A stretch of 64,000 nt of DNA. Source: Amoebophrya sp. A120. Taxonomy: Eukaryota > Protista > Dinoflagellata. The stretch lies in the NCBI GenBank assembly GCA_905178155.1, contig CAJINV010000028.1, forward strand, positions 261,746 to 325,745, written 5' to 3'. Both the position numbers and the translations under genes were made by a program. A model generated the notes under the pieces. That model did no database searches. It had not been told where the DNA came from and saw only the letters and a program-made list of their open reading frames with translations. This document shows positions 47,175 through 61,300 of the stretch, in pieces (position 1 is the stretch's first letter; each line of letters opens with the position of its first letter).

Positions 47175-50110
47175 CTACTTGCTGCTGCAGCCGGAGGGAT
47201 TGGCACTGGTGCCACTGCAGCCCTTAGACGAATATCCTGAGTAAAAACGTCCGCGCACCAGAATCAAGATGGCAAATCTGCTAGACAAATGAGCAAGAGC
47301 CAGCTTTGGTTGTTTCGCATGACAAGTTTGTCCTCGTAGTGTAATCCTGTTTAGGTATTTCAGAAGCATCACAGATCTAGCATATCATGCTGATTGTAGC
47401 ATCACAAGTTCCAAAATACCATTAGAAAATGGTTCTCATGTGGTTTCGCGTGAGAAACCTTTTTGGAGTGCAGATTTGCATAACAGCTCTGGGGTGGGGA
47501 CGTTTTTACACAGGATAGCGAAGAAATCGTGGTCATTTCCGCTAGCAGTTTCTCCACCTTCGCGTCGCTCAGGCGGCAGTTCGCGCTACTATCAAATGCA
47601 AATATGCCTGGGTCTGGATGAGTACAAGGTTTGTCATGCATATTTTCCATGAGGCATGATGTCTGTGATGCACGCCTAGCATCACAGATTCTGGGAGAGC
47701 TTTCTGATGCTCCTGCCGCATGAGAAATTCCCTCTTTGCGAAGCAACAGCTGGACCTCTTTTCCTGCTCATGCAGTACAGATTTTATGTAGAATCCAAAG
47801 GCAGCACTAAAAGTTGGATCTTTCCAGACCCAGACATGTTTGCATTTGATAGTTACGATGTGGCTGCAATTCCCGCGCAAACTTGTCATCCACGAATCCG
47901 CGGCACCTGACCACCCGGTGCGGAATGCCCATGCGGTAGACGGGCTCTTGCTCTACCACCTTCATGACCCAGGAAAAGAACCTGACATGCGTTATTTTCA
48001 AAGGGAATCTGAATCTATCACGAACATCACTGCCAGAGTATGTTTTCTTCAGACTCCGAAAATTTTCGGCGCGCGGCCGAGACCACACCGAAACTGCAGA
48101 GCGGGCGCGTTACTTCACGAGGAAGCACCCGCTGAGAGTAGAAATAGAAGAACAGGCGCGAGCGTGTGAGCTTGCTGGAAATAATTTGTAGTGCCAGTAC
48201 ATGAAAAGCCTGGGGCGCGTAATCAAAAAAAAAGATCGATGGGCTCGCTTCTACCTGTGTGTCCCCCCCTCGGATTTTCTGGCTTTGAGCAGTATGCAAC
48301 TGCCTACCGGTTGGGCGAACTCCCGCCAGAATGCTTGCTATCAATTGCGAAATGTCTGGGTCTGGAAAATTGCAAAATTTGTCATGCATCTCGCGGACCA
48401 GAAGGAACCATATCCACACTCATGGTCTGCAATGCACGCAGAAGCATCACAGATTTTTTGAGACCTTCCTCATGCCTATGTATTCCGCATGAGAAATTCG
48501 GTTTCTGCCTAGCGAGCATTGGGTGCTCAATTATTGGCGTTCATGAAACACAGATCTTTTTGAGATCCAAATTTCGCATGAGAAGCTTCATTCTTTCAGA
48601 CCCAGACATAACTGCGCTTGATACTTGGAGCCACTTCGCGAATGCGCCCAGGCTGCGGGACGTTTTCCACGATTTCTCGCGGAGGTTATCAAATGCAAAA
48701 ATGTCTGGGTCTGGGAGGATGGAACTTGTGATGCGTCCTGTGGGTCACACAAAAATCTGTGTTGCGCGATCACCAAAAAATGTCCCTTTAGGACCAACGT
48801 GAGCGGGAGTTTAACATGCAGGAGAGGCATGATAGAGACTCCGCAGAATCTGTCACGCTAGGTCCTGCATTCCAGACCTCATGGAGCATCGGCATGGAAA
48901 ATATGCATGACAAGTCTGCACTCCTCCAGACCCAGACACTTTTGCATTTGATAGAGGTCGGGCAACTTCAGATCTTTCACGGATTGCTTCCAAGAAGCTC
49001 TCATGGCGGCGGTGGAGTTCTCTAAAAACGCGACAGCTAACTCACGGCGCGCTATGGCGTTCTCAAATGTTACACTCTCAACTGTTACATGATTTGTCAT
49101 GCAAAACTCTCGTCAGAATCTACACCATCAAGCTGCTTCGCAAGACAAATTTCCGAAGGGCTAAACAACAGGTAAATCTGTGCTGCCAAACCTGTGTTGC
49201 AAGAGGCGCAATCTTCCGCCTTTCTCTCTTGCTATTTTTGCATCACTAATTCATGTAACAATTGAGAATGTAACGCTTGAGAAGTCCATACCCGCGATCA
49301 CGACCTTCGGCAATCCTTCGGGGGTAAAGAAGCGCAAATCTTTCTTCAGATAGTTGAGCAGTTCCTCCATGAACGGGAGCGGGTGGGTCAGTGCGAGGAC
49401 GATGGTTTCGCCGAGCATGAAGGTACTAATAAGTCTACTCTGGTTCCAATACCACATCGTCACCGCGTTTTTGTTATCGAAGGCAAATATCTCTGGGTCG
49501 AGAAAGGACTCGTCATGCTGCGAAGGGAGCCACAGAAAATAAATCAGCACTGTGTGAGTTGCAATAAAACAAATGAGCTGCCCACTGAATAAATATTCTT
49601 GCTCCGCAAAGAACAACGAACTAGAGTTCTCTCATGCGTGATCAACCGGTGTCGCACAGTTCTAGCCCCTGACATGTTTGCGCTTGATACCTGTGGAAAG
49701 TCTTGGGCACGTTAGGTTCCGCAACAACTTCGTCTATCCTTACGAAAAACGTCTCCACCCCGGCACCCCAGTCTTAACATTGATTCAAACTTGCCTGCTC
49801 AGCAAGTCTCTCGTCCTCCTGCGGCTTCGCATTGGAGGCATTTTCTATTTGTGTGTGGGCGGGATCTGAAATGCGGTAATCAGACTAAGACGGTGGATTT
49901 AGGATGCATCTTCCGCACAACTAGCTAGGCATGACTACAATGTAGAGCGCAAGAGCCTCTCATGCGTGGTCAGCCCCGAAAGCCCTAGCCTTGTATTGCA
50001 AATCAAGTCCAATCTCAATAACCATGGGGAGCGAGGTGGGGAGGATTTTGCTGAGGATATCTTCGTCCTCCTCCATGTCGTCCTGTTGATCCGCTGCTAC
50101 CAACAACTGG
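47175..50110 (-). CDS. Hypothetical multi-exon protein with six element introns; further introns unresolved
   Basis: Junctions at 49735, 49475 and 48687 are in frame (..MEEDEDEVVAEPNVPKTFHKNAVTMWYWNQ..; ..LPDLREKSWK..). Both ends approximate. Confidence 0.5.
47233..47517. mobile_element. TIR intronic element, family B
   Basis: Family B TIRs; TSD ACGAA/GCGAA. Confidence 0.92.
47590..47851. mobile_element. TIR intronic element, family A
   Basis: Family A TIRs; TSD GCTAC/GTTAC. Confidence 0.92.
48339..48623. mobile_element. TIR intronic element, family A
   Basis: Family A TIRs; TSD CTTGC/CTTGG. Confidence 0.9.
48687..48953. mobile_element. TIR intronic element, family A
   Basis: Family A TIRs; TSD GAGGT. 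Confidence 0.95.
49475..49689. mobile_element. TIR intronic element, family A, decayed
   Basis: TATCGAAGGCAAATAT...ATGTTTGCGCTTGATA; flanks TTTGT/CCTGT. Confidence 0.78.
49735..50059. mobile_element. TIR intronic element, family B-like, decayed
   Basis: TATCCTTACGAAAAACGTCTCCACC...GGTGGGGAGGATTTTGCTGAGGATA; TSD TCGTC/TCTTC. Confidence 0.82.
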
Positions 50111-50278
50111 AGTTTTTAGTCGATAGAGACATGATGTAATTTTAAACCTTTTCTTATTCTTGCGTGTCCGATTTATTTCTGTCTTGTGCAGCATTTCTCT
50201 TTTACACGAATTTCCAATTTCAAAATCAAGCAGGTAGAGTAAGTTCTTCCACGACAGTGATGACAGGAATACTGAAAC

Positions 50279-51395
50279 TTAAAACAACTCTACTATGCTA
50301 TACCTGCTGCTGCTGGCCGCTATGTTCTTGGGGTTCTTGCTGCACATCCTCTACTTTCTTCCCCGCTCCGTGATCTTCGTCGACTTTCGCACGTTTGCAT
50401 TTCGGTATCAAATGCAAATATGTCGGGGTCTGGAAGATTGCCAGGCTCGTCATGCATGTTTTGTAGGATCCATGATGCCTACGCTACGAATATGCATGCT
50501 CTAGCATCACAGATTTTTGGCGGACCTGCTACAGCTAATGCCTACTACGCATGAGAAATGCCCTCTCCGCGTAACACAAACTGGAATGCTGTTGCTGGTC
50601 ATGCAATACAAATTTTGTTGAAGTCCAAAGACAGCATTACAAGTTGCAACCCTCCAGCACCACACATATTTGCAATCCATATTCGGCACCGGCAGGCTAC
50701 TGCAACAGGGGTCGTCCTCCTTCATCTTCTTGTGCTCGTCTTGGTCGGTGGAATTCGCTTGACACGAAATCTGATTTTTTTGCAAAAAAAGATGAAGTCC
50801 ACTTCTCCCCGACCTCACTTGCCGCTCGCGCTTCGTGCAGGAGGATGGGCTACAAACTTACTATACCCTCTTTAAAACAGCATGCTTAAGCAAAAGTTTT
50901 TCTGTGTAGGCGCAAAGAAGATAACATGCAGAAACAAAAGTGAAAAGGAGAAGCAACAGTAAAAAATACCTGCACATAATCTTCCGCCGGCTTTGCGGCA
51001 CAATTCTGGTTGTCCGCTGCGTCCACTTTGGGGACTGCTTCTTCCACCGCGGGTTGGCCAGTTTGGGGGCTGGTCCGAAATCCCAAGCCAGTCATGAAGG
51101 TCTGAACAATCCGCTCCATTGTTTCGGTCGTGGTCGTGGAATACTAGAGGCCTCCAGAGTAATGACGATCCAGGATGTAAGCACGTTGTGATTTCGATTT
51201 GTTTTTGTCGTCAAGGATATTTTTATATTCGCGATTTTTCAAAAATATTGTCGCCAGTTGCGATCGCAACGGTGTCGTCGGGGATACAATAAGAAATAAA
51301 CCTTCAGTCGTCGATGTCGCCGGGTACTTCTTGTAGTCGCTTTTTGTTATTGCTAGACAGCTTGTCTTTGTAGTTTTATTTTTCTTCTCTACCAA
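50279..51395 (-). CDS. Hypothetical multi-exon protein; 5' structure uncertain
   Basis: Element junction in frame (..SLPVPKCKRAKVDEDHG..) through to a TAA at 50279. Confidence 0.4.
50406..50681. mobile_element. TIR intronic element, family A
   Basis: Family A TIRs; TSD TTCGG. Confidence 0.92.
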
Positions 51396-52398
51396 TCTAA
51401 AAACCGTATTCCCTTGTTCCTACGGTTGTTTTTCATGAGCAACTGCGTTGAAGTTTTGACGCACTTTTCTTCGCACACGTTTCTTCTGCGATCCATGAGC
51501 TGCGGCACAGATCCCGGGCTACTTAAGCGGGGCCGCGATGGACGATGACGATCAACATGCGAAATAAAACAGAGCTGATCTTCATATATCAAAACATGAT
51601 CCTCCGTAGCTGCAACTGAGTCATGCTCATGCTTTGCCAGCATCGTATCATCTACTTCTTGCAGCCAAAACCAGGGCACGAAAAACCTTGGTTCGTGAAA
51701 GTACCGTTGCGGTCACGGTTTCCAGAGTGAAAACAGGATCGACTGCGCACGAAAGATCATTTTCGAGGCCAACAAGTGCTCCTTCAACACTGTGATCAAA
51801 GACTTTACCAGCAGCAGAAAGTGAGTTTTAGGTTACTCACTACCAGGACGAGAACACACGAGCACAGCTACGGTCAAAAATCTCGCTCGTCGCACACACC
51901 CATACTTTTCCGGTCGGATTGAAAAAGATCCGACCTCGGTGTACCGAATTTTCTTTGCGGCTTGGACAAGCGTTTGCGTTTCGTTAACCGCACGGGGCGC
52001 AATAACCATATCACTCATGTGATGCGCAATAAGAACTGCCGCTACTCCTACTTTGATGAAGAAAGGAAATTCTCCTCTGATCCGATGCAGCCAAAAATCT
52101 GCTGCTGTAATTAAGTGATACACCCAGATGACTAAAATGACAATGAGCCAAGTGCTGCATGACTTCGCCCGCGTTGCAACAGCTAAGAATGTGCTGCTCG
52201 AGCTGCAACTACTGTAGTGAAAACGTATAAAAAAGAACAGTATCAATCACGTGAATTTGAATGAACCAGATAAAACCTTTTTCCTATATTCTCGAGAGGC
52301 AATATTCGCTCGCACTTGAAATTAAATAAAGACATGTTCCCTTTTTATCTCTAAAAAAGTACACAGAGCGCCTTCACTTAATTTTTCCACTTTCATAT

Positions 52399-55300
52399 TC
52401 ATTCCGCCTCGGCAGGAGCGCCATGCAGTTCGCGATATCGGTTGGAGTACTGCTGCCGGAGCAGCCCCCGCCACGTTTGCATGGTGGCCGCCCGCTTTTC
52501 CGCGTTTGCGTTCCGCATGACCGCCCGCTTTTCCGTGAGCAACTGCCGGTCTGACACCAGCTTGCACAATTCCAGGATGGTCCGGAACACGATGATGCCC
52601 GGCGATTTCTCAGCGTCGTACATGGAGCTGGTCTGCAGCCACTGGAGTTTTTTGACCCGGGTGGAGAAGTCCAGGGCACCCGCGGACCCCGTGGATCCGA
52701 GGTTCCCGTCGTCATTGAAGACCAGGTCCGCCAGGTACCTCTATGGATTGCAAAAGTGTCTGGGTCTGGAAAGTTGTAATGCTGGGTGGCGTATCATGAG
52801 GATTGCACAAGTGCTGGCTCAGCATGACAAGTTTCTGAGCTTATAGGTGTTGCTTATTCTGCATGACAAACTGCAGCTCTGCATGACCGAAAAATGGAGC
52901 TCTTGGGTAACGCGCGTGACAGATTTAAGAGTCATGCCAGACTAGCATGACAAATCTCGCAATCTCCCCGACCCAGACATTTTTGCAATTGATAACCTCC
53001 GGCTCGGCACGAACATGGCCAGCGACAGGGAGTTATCCTGTGCAAAAGTATCGCACTCGTACTAATTGCCTTTATGCATTACAAATCTCCATCCCAAGGT
53101 AAAACAGCATGACAAAATCCATTTGTCATGCTGAGCTAATTTGTATTGCAATTTATACTACTACGATGCTTTTGCAGTTCATAGGAGTACAGCTCGTGAA
53201 AGGCGTAGGTTTCGAACTCGTGCGGCACGTACACGATGGCTGTAAAGCGCCGCTTGATTTCTGCGAAACTCATGCCCTTGCCCGTCACCAGGTGTGCCTG
53301 TTTGCCGCACGAAGGTGTGCTGCGCAGCAGGAGCACGATCTGGAGCCCCAACCGGAGGGCATTGTTCCCCCGCGCCCAAATGCCGACGTCCTCCAGGTCA
53401 GCGGAAGCGGAAGATTTCTTGAGGTTGTTTGGTATGTCCGCAGCAATGGAAACGGCATACTGCTCTCCGTTGGCGTCCCGTGTCAGTACGGTGACGCGGT
53501 CACGAGGGCCGCTGGTTGTGCTACTTTCCGGCGTGCTATTCATTTTACTGGAAGCCTCGTCGCGGTCACCAGGCTCTCCCGGAGCGTTCTCCCCTGGAGG
53601 GAGTCGTAGTCGTTCTTGTGAGGATATAATTTCACCATCGGGTCGTGCTGGAGCCGACGATTGTTCACTAGTCTCCTGCCCACGCAGTGCTTCCTCCGCT
53701 GGTCGGAAAAGAAGATCGCCCTCGGCATTCCGTACTGCGATGCTGGATCGGCTTGGCGATGTACTAGTTGACGCAGACGCTGCGTTTTTGATACTATTTC
53801 CGCCTTCATCCTCTTCCATCTCTGCAAACCTTGTGTCGTCCAAGTGTAGCATCAGTGGCTGCAGTATCCAAGAAAAAAACTGTGTAAGTGTAAATTTGTG
53901 TTGCAGAAAATGCCAAACTGTTACACTTGTCGTGCTGGACATGCATCAGAGGCAATTTTCGTGCGTGTTTTCACGTACTAGCCACGCATGACAAGTTTTC
54001 TGTGTTATGCAGAGCAAACTTGTGATGCTATTCCTCAAAGAAACTTACACTTACACAGTTTTTTGCCTGGATATGCAGCACCGGGACAAGGGCCGGAGAT
54101 GAGGTAGCCGCGTCTTTCAGTTGCTCGGTCTCCTGCAAAATCCGCGACAAAATCAGGTTCGAAGTGGAGACGATGGCCGTACCCGCGGCTCCGCTGTGCA
54201 CCAAGGTTCGGCCTAAGCTCCAAAAGCGTCGCCATATCCCGAGTAAAAACGTGTCCATCCGATAGTCAAGATGGGAAATCTGCTAGACAAATCAACAAGC
54301 CCTGGTTGTTGCGCATGACAAATTTGGGCGCGCAGTGTAGTCGTGTTTACCTAGTGCAGCGACATCACAGATCTTGCACATCATGCTGATTCGGGCATCA
54401 CAAATCTCAAAACACAACTAGAGAGTGCTTGTCATGGGTCTCCGCACGAGAAGCGCTTTGAGGATGAATGCAGATTTGCATTACAACTCATCTGCAATCG
54501 AGGTGACGTTTTTACTCTGGATACGCCAGGCCGCAGATTCGCCGGCTGCGGCAGACGCGTCCGTGGCGGAGTTGAGAAAAACCGCCTTCGTGCACCGGCC
54601 TTCCACGAAGCACGGGGATACAGTGGCTTCTCTTTCTGGTATTATAGTAGCTGACTCAGATGCAGCTCCTGGGTATACGTCGTTTGGGGCGAGAAAGTTT
54701 GGCGAAATTCCAAACCAATTCGACTGGATTAGCAAGACTGTGTTAGTTCTACCTCCACTGGTGCCGTGCTGCTGGCTCTGCTTGTTTTTAACCGCCGTCT
54801 GTTGCTGGAAATGTTGCAGCAGGTATTTGTTCCAGACCTTGTTCAACTCCTGTTGTAATAACGCACACAAAAAGAACGGCGTGCTGCAGGAGGTAACCAC
54901 GAGCAGCTCAATAAAGGTCGTGCTGGTGCTGTTGGCGTCCTTAATCATAGAAGTATCCCTTGCGCGAGACATGACTTCGTCTTCCCACCAGTTTTCGATG
55001 ATTCTGCTTACGTGTGTTTCCACCACGTCCAACTGTGACAATCCGTTATGGAAGTGTCAGGATTGAAATCGACGAAGTTGAAATAACTTGTAATGCATAA
55101 TATCCATACAAATTGGACCCGCATTTTCTAGTCGGTGCATGACAAATTTTGTCCATGCCGGAAGCCAGTTTGTCATGCTGTTCAGGGCAAAGGGGCTCCG
55201 CTCTGTGATGCTAATCAGCAGCCCAAGTCCCGACCCTTACCAGCACTACAATCTGCCTCCCTTGCGTCCTCTGCAATAGAGGCAATCTTTGCGTTGCATT

Positions 55301-58300
55301 TTCTGCATGACAACCTATTTGAATTTTGACGATTTCAATCCTGACACTCCCATAACCGTGGTTTCCGCCGTAGTGCGGATCGTTTACGCTTTCGTCCTAT
55401 TAAGAGGAAAAATACCCCCTCCCCATATCGAAAAGGTATGTTTCCGGAAATTTGTGTTGCTGATTTGAGACCTCAAATCACGTCTGTCTTGCAAGAAGGC
55501 AACTCCACAAGCTCCGTAGCATTGTGCAGGCGGTTTGTGATGCTGATGGGCCTACAGTGCGGACGTTTCTCATGCTAGACGCCTAGGCCAGAACCTCTCT
55601 ACTTAGGCTTAGTACGGGGCTGCATTCCTCTCCAGCAAGACAGATCTTATTTGTGTACGCAAATCCTGCATCAGAAACTTCGTTTTGATATGGGGAGGGG
55701 GGATTTTTCCTTTTGATACGTCCACCTCGACAAACAAGGCCCCCAAGTCGTCCAGTTCGTTGCCGCAAAACCGGGGGTTGGGGTTCACGCAGCGACAGAC
55801 CTCCGGCGCGTTATGACAGTGCACAACTACTCCCCCTCCCTCTCATTTGTCATGCATACTCGCCGACTGCACCACATCAAAAACCTTTGCACCGTTGCCG
55901 CAAGCAGCTTCGGACGCAGACGATCTAGTCATGCAAAATCCTAACTCCAGTCCCTGCCTTGCCCTTGTGGCACTGTTTGCACGACAAATTCTGGAGGCCC
56001 AGACAGTACTAGACTAGGCACACAAATTTCCCCTGCATAGGCTCCACTATTGCTGTTCATGCAATGCAAATGAGGGGGAGGGGAGTTGTGAATTGTCATA
56101 GGCATGGCGGCACTGGTAAAACCCACCCCAGAACTGCTCCTCGTCGCGGCCCTCGACAAAGACCTGCTCTTCCACTAATGCCCGTCGCACCGCCAAATGT
56201 GCCTCCTGGGCGAAGGGCGCGTGCGTGCCGAAGCTGGCAAGCAGGGTCCTTCGATTCTTCGCAGTATTGATCGACCGGTGGCGACCACTGCTTTCTTCAC
56301 CGTAATTCGCCGTTCCACGACCACGGACCTCAGAATTCTTATTATCCACAGCATATCCTTGTGCCGCGGAAGTAGATGGTCCAGCAGAAGTGCGAAATAA
56401 GCTAGAAGTTTCTCCCCTGGCTAGCGCCGCATTGTACTCCGTAGCGGTCATGGGCCAAACGATGCCCGGGACTAGCGTGAGGCGGAAGAAAGAACCAGTG
56501 CGCGACGCTGGGACCATTTCGGAAATCGAGGAAGCTGCAGCAGTGCTTAAAGACAATAAGTAATCTGGCTCTTTATCTTCGGCACTTCTCGAGCCACCTG
56601 CACCTTCCGGGAGTGGCCCAGCACTTCTGCATAATCTCTTCGTTTCACGCGGCGGCAAAGCGTAGTTGGTACTACTATCCGCGACACGCAGACTACTCCC
56701 TTTTTCCCCGTGGACTAGCGCGCCACGGCTCACTGAGGTAGCGTTTTTCCGCAGCATCGCCGCTCCCCTCTCCTCAACGTCTGCTGTGGTCCCCGTCAAA
56801 TCTTCACCCGCTGCATTCGCGGACAACATCCCAGCATCTTCGCCCTCTTGCCGCTTTTCCTCAGGGGGGACGGGCTGCAGTACTTGGTACGATTTGTCGA
56901 AAAACAGCGCGCCGGCCCGCGTAGCTGCGCGGACTACGTGAGTGCTTTTTTCTGCTATAGCACTGGTCGCCGCACGACTACCGTCGCAGGTGATTGAGGC
57001 AGAAACGGTGCCGTCTCCAACATCTACTCCGGTAGACGTTTCACTGGTTGTACTGGTGGCATCACCAGCTGCGGTTCCGTCGCCGGCACCCCCACCGCTG
57101 CTCAGCCACACTAGGTCGAAGTGTGCCTGCATATGAACTGCAAAAGTATCGTACTCGTACAAATGCATGACAAATTGTCTCAGCATGAGAAACAAAATTT
57201 GTAATGCGGATTTACGTTGAGAAAAAAATTTGTAATGCATGATTGCAATACGAGTACGATACTTTTGCACAGGATACTGCAAGTACCGCTGCAAAACCGT
57301 GAGGTCCGCCGAGTCCGCAGGGTGGTCGCGGTCTCGGTGCATCGCCCAGAGGCTGTAGAACGTGCCCTATTGTAAGGAAAAATCCTCCCTCCCCATATCG
57401 AAAAGGCAAGCCGCAGAAAATTTGCAATGCTGATTTGTGACCGCAAATCGCTTCTGTCTTGCAAGAAGGCAAGTCCGCAGGCTCCGCCGCATTACGCCGG
57501 CGGCTTGTGATGCTGTTGGTCCTACAGCGTAGACTTTTGCCATGCTGGGGGCCTACGTCAAAACCTCGCTGCCCCGGGTTGGCGTATGCCTGCGGTTCTC
57601 TACTGCAAGACAAATCTGATTTGTGTACGCAAATCCAGCATCACAAACTTCCTTTTCGGTATGGGGAGGGGGGATTTTTACTCACGATATGCCCTGCAGC
57701 GTGTTCTCATGGAACAGCTGCTTCGGCACGAACCCCTTCTCCCGCCACCACTCAAAAAGGTATTTACCGTCCATTTGAAGCTGCTGCAGGTTCGGACTTT
57801 GATGCGGGGCTCCCGTGTAGTCGGATATCAACTGTACAAATGTCTGGGTCTGGCAGAGTGCCAGACTTGTCATGCAGGTTTTCCATGACCCATAAGGTCT
57901 GGTATGTAGGACATAGCATGACAGATTCTGTGAGAATTCTATCATGCCTATCCTGCATGAGAAACTGCCTCTCGATCAGGTCAAAAGTTGACAGCTTTTG
58001 GTAATCATGCAACACAGATTTCTACATGATTCAGATTTAGCATGGGAAGTTCCTTTGTTCCAGACCCAGACATTTTTGCATTTGATATCGGATTCCGCTT
58101 CGCGAACATCAAACACCGCGGCACCGTAGAGGCGCTCCACGCGCAGCCTGTGTTCGTGTTGCAGCAAGTGCGCAAAACTGGAGTGAATCAGGTACGCATT
58201 GGGAAAGTGGTCGTCCGCGTGCAGGCGGAACAGCACGTACCCGTATCCTGTGCAAAAGTATCGTTGTACTCGTATTGCAGACATGCATTTACCAATCTTT

Positions 58301-61300
58301 TTTTTGAGGTCAATCTCCATTACAAATTTTATTTCTCATGCTGAGGAAATTTGTAATGCATTTATACGAGTACGATACTTTTTCAATTCATAACCCGTAG
58401 GGCGTCGCGATGCGCAGAATCTCCCCGAGAGAGCAGCCCCGGATCATGTTCTTGAGCAAGGAGGAATACTGCGAGCCCACATCCGTGTACACCGTGGGGA
58501 GCCAGGAACCAAACCCGATATCCGGAGGCAGAAAATAGGCTATGATTTCCATGGCGATCAGCAGAGTTCTCGTGCGCATCTCCGTGTGCAGCTTGTGCAG
58601 AATCTTTGACAGATACTCACAATCGCGGTTGTCGAGATCAATCTTCAACAGCGTGATGGGTGCGGCACTATGGAGCTGCGCCGGCGTAGTTCCTTTGATA
58701 TTCACAGAAAACGCGTCGTGGTTCTTCTGCGTCGTGGCCGCGGTGGTCGTCCTCAACGCGGTCCTGCGGAAGAGCGGGTGCTCGTTCAGAAAGCTGTCCA
58801 CCGTCTCCGGACTCACGTAGTCCGTCACGAGATGAAGGAGCTTACGTTCTTGCGACGAAGATGACGTCTTTGCGGTCTTCGCATCTCGTGCCGGTCCTGC
58901 TTGCTGGTGTACAAGAACATCTGTGGTTCCGCTAGATGAAGAAGTTGTAGCTTCTTTAGTACCTCCTGTTGCTTCAGATGACACAAAGGTCCGGCTTTTG
59001 AAGATCTGATCGCGCAACACCGACACGCGATCGGGGTCGCCTTCGAACAAAACGCCCCCGGCGCCAGCGAATTCCACCATGGTGTGTGCTTATCGTACGA
59101 AAAAAGTGTTTCACTGTAAGGATTTTGCAGGTTTTGCATCACAAGTTTGTTCTACATGACAGAGAAAATTTGCCATGCAAGGTTCCTGAGGGAAAACACA
59201 GCTAAAAATCCCCTGTCTTGCATGTGTAGCAAGACAAACACTTGTGACTGTGAGATGCAATTTCTGCATTACAAGTTTCCAGTGAAACAGTTTTTTCTGG
59301 CGATAGTGCTGGATCCACGTCCCAGTCGGATCGGTCGTCCTCTTCCATCACTCCATATCATGAGTAAAACATCTCCACACCAGAGTCAAGATGCGGATTT
59401 TGCAACACAAACCTAGGAGTTTTAGGAGTCACGCATGACATAAACAGACTGTGCTACTACGCATGACAAGTTTCAGTCCGTAAGGTAGTGCAAGTTAGCA
59501 AGGAAAGCCGCATCACAAATCGACCTTCTCATCCTGTTTACAACATTACAAGTTCCCAAACACGATTGAAAATGCCTGTCATGGGGTTGCGCATCACAAA
59601 TGTTCCTGTCATGGCAAATCTGCATGACAACTCTGGGGTGGGGACGTTGTTACTTAGGATACTCCAGCCCCCAGATTTATCACGAACCGGTCCGCCGCGC
59701 GGGTCGCACCAGCGTCCTCCGCGGCCCTGACAATGTCGAACAAGTTTTGCTGCTTCTGTAGAAGTTGTAATCCGCCTCGCTGCAAGGTTGATGCTGCGCC
59801 CGCGCCCTGTTTCCTCGTCGTGTGCGGTTCTTGCGCTGGTGCCTCGTTTTCAACAGTAGACGGAGTAGTTGTTGACCAGTCAATCAGCTCTCGATACACG
59901 TCGGAGGGAGGAGCGGCAGGAGGAGCACCCCGAGCTACAGGTGGCTCCTGCTCAGGACCGCTTATCATTCCTGTCGCATTTTGATTTTCTTCTTCCACCT
60001 CCGCGCCTGCTGTGCCATTCTTCGGCAGACCGAGAAAGTCCTCGACGATCGTGGCCGCGTCGGCCTCGGTGAGGAACTGAAAGTGCTTTCTGCTGGGCAA
60101 CACGGCGTATCGTACGGCTTCCAGAATGTTCCACAGCAGCTCCTTGCGGTGCGGAAACCGCTCGCTTTCGAACCGGTCGTGCTCTAGCACCGAGGGGAGC
60201 AGGAACCCCGCGCAGCTCGGCGGGCTGACGGCGTGCGAGGCCCAGAACTCCTCCCACGGGTTGGGCAACCCCGACTGGCGCTCGTACTCATCCAGCGCCT
60301 CGTTTTCGCCTTCCTGCTCCGCGGCTTCTAGCGGGTCCTCGCTTCTCCGCTCCACCTATGAATTGCAAAAGTAGTATCGTACTCGTATCAATGCATTACA
60401 AATTTCCTCAGCATGAGGGATAAAATTCGTATATGCTGATTTACCTTAAGAGAAAGCTTTGTCGTGATGCATGATTGCAATACGAGTAAGTACGATACTT
60501 CTGCACAGGATACCACCTCCCGTAGCCGGTGGGGGACCTGCACCAGTGCCTTCTGGACGTGCCGGTTCTGCTCCCCGTGCTCGAAGAGGCGCGCAAACGC
60601 CCGGATGGAGGCCGTTTCCGGCGCGCGGGGGCCATGGTGGCGAAAGAAGGCCGCCAGCTCGTCATACAGTGCGGTGCACACGTGGTGCAGGTGCGTCAGC
60701 ACCTGCTTCTTCTCGTTGCGGACCGCGTGCTCCTCCGTGAGCACCGTGGCTCCGTCCAACCGGTCCAGGATCGCTTCGTTGCGGAGAATGATTTCTATGT
60801 TGGTCTCGCCAACCTCGTTCAAAACTTCGTCAAAGGACAGGGAGCTGAAATAGGTCATGTTGCTCTTTCGCTTCTCGTATGAAATGCAAAAGTATCGCAG
60901 TCGTATAAATGCATTACAAATTTCTTCAGCATGAAAAATGAAACTTGTAATGCTGAGTTTCCTTGAGAACAAGATTTGTAATGCATGACTACAATACGAG
61001 TACGATACTTTTGCACAGGATATCTCGTCCATCAGGTCGTGGTGTTCGTCGACCAGGTCGTCCAAGTGCGTTAGCTGCACGTTCCAGTGCATTTTCAGAC
61101 ACACGTACTGCCCGAGCCAGCAGGTAAGCTCGAACACCAGCTGTGCGATCTTCTCCAGAAATTGCCTCGCCCGCGGGTACACCTGGATCTGATGATGAAG
61201 ACTGGAAAACTCGAAAAACTCGTTCGAACAAACCATATCGTCCCCCTCCGGATCCAGTATCTCGCTGGCGTTCTCTTCCCCGCGCAAGTCAATTTGGGCG

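Noticed and set aside
49015-49275. Intron-like segment containing the TTGTCATGC motif
   Set aside because: No definable TIR or TSD; boundaries cannot be supported.
9860-58344. Apparent small-protein family with FQTQTFLHL / KCKNVWVWK / MSGSGR motifs
   Set aside because: These are translations of family A TIRs in various frames; they are not genes or transposases.
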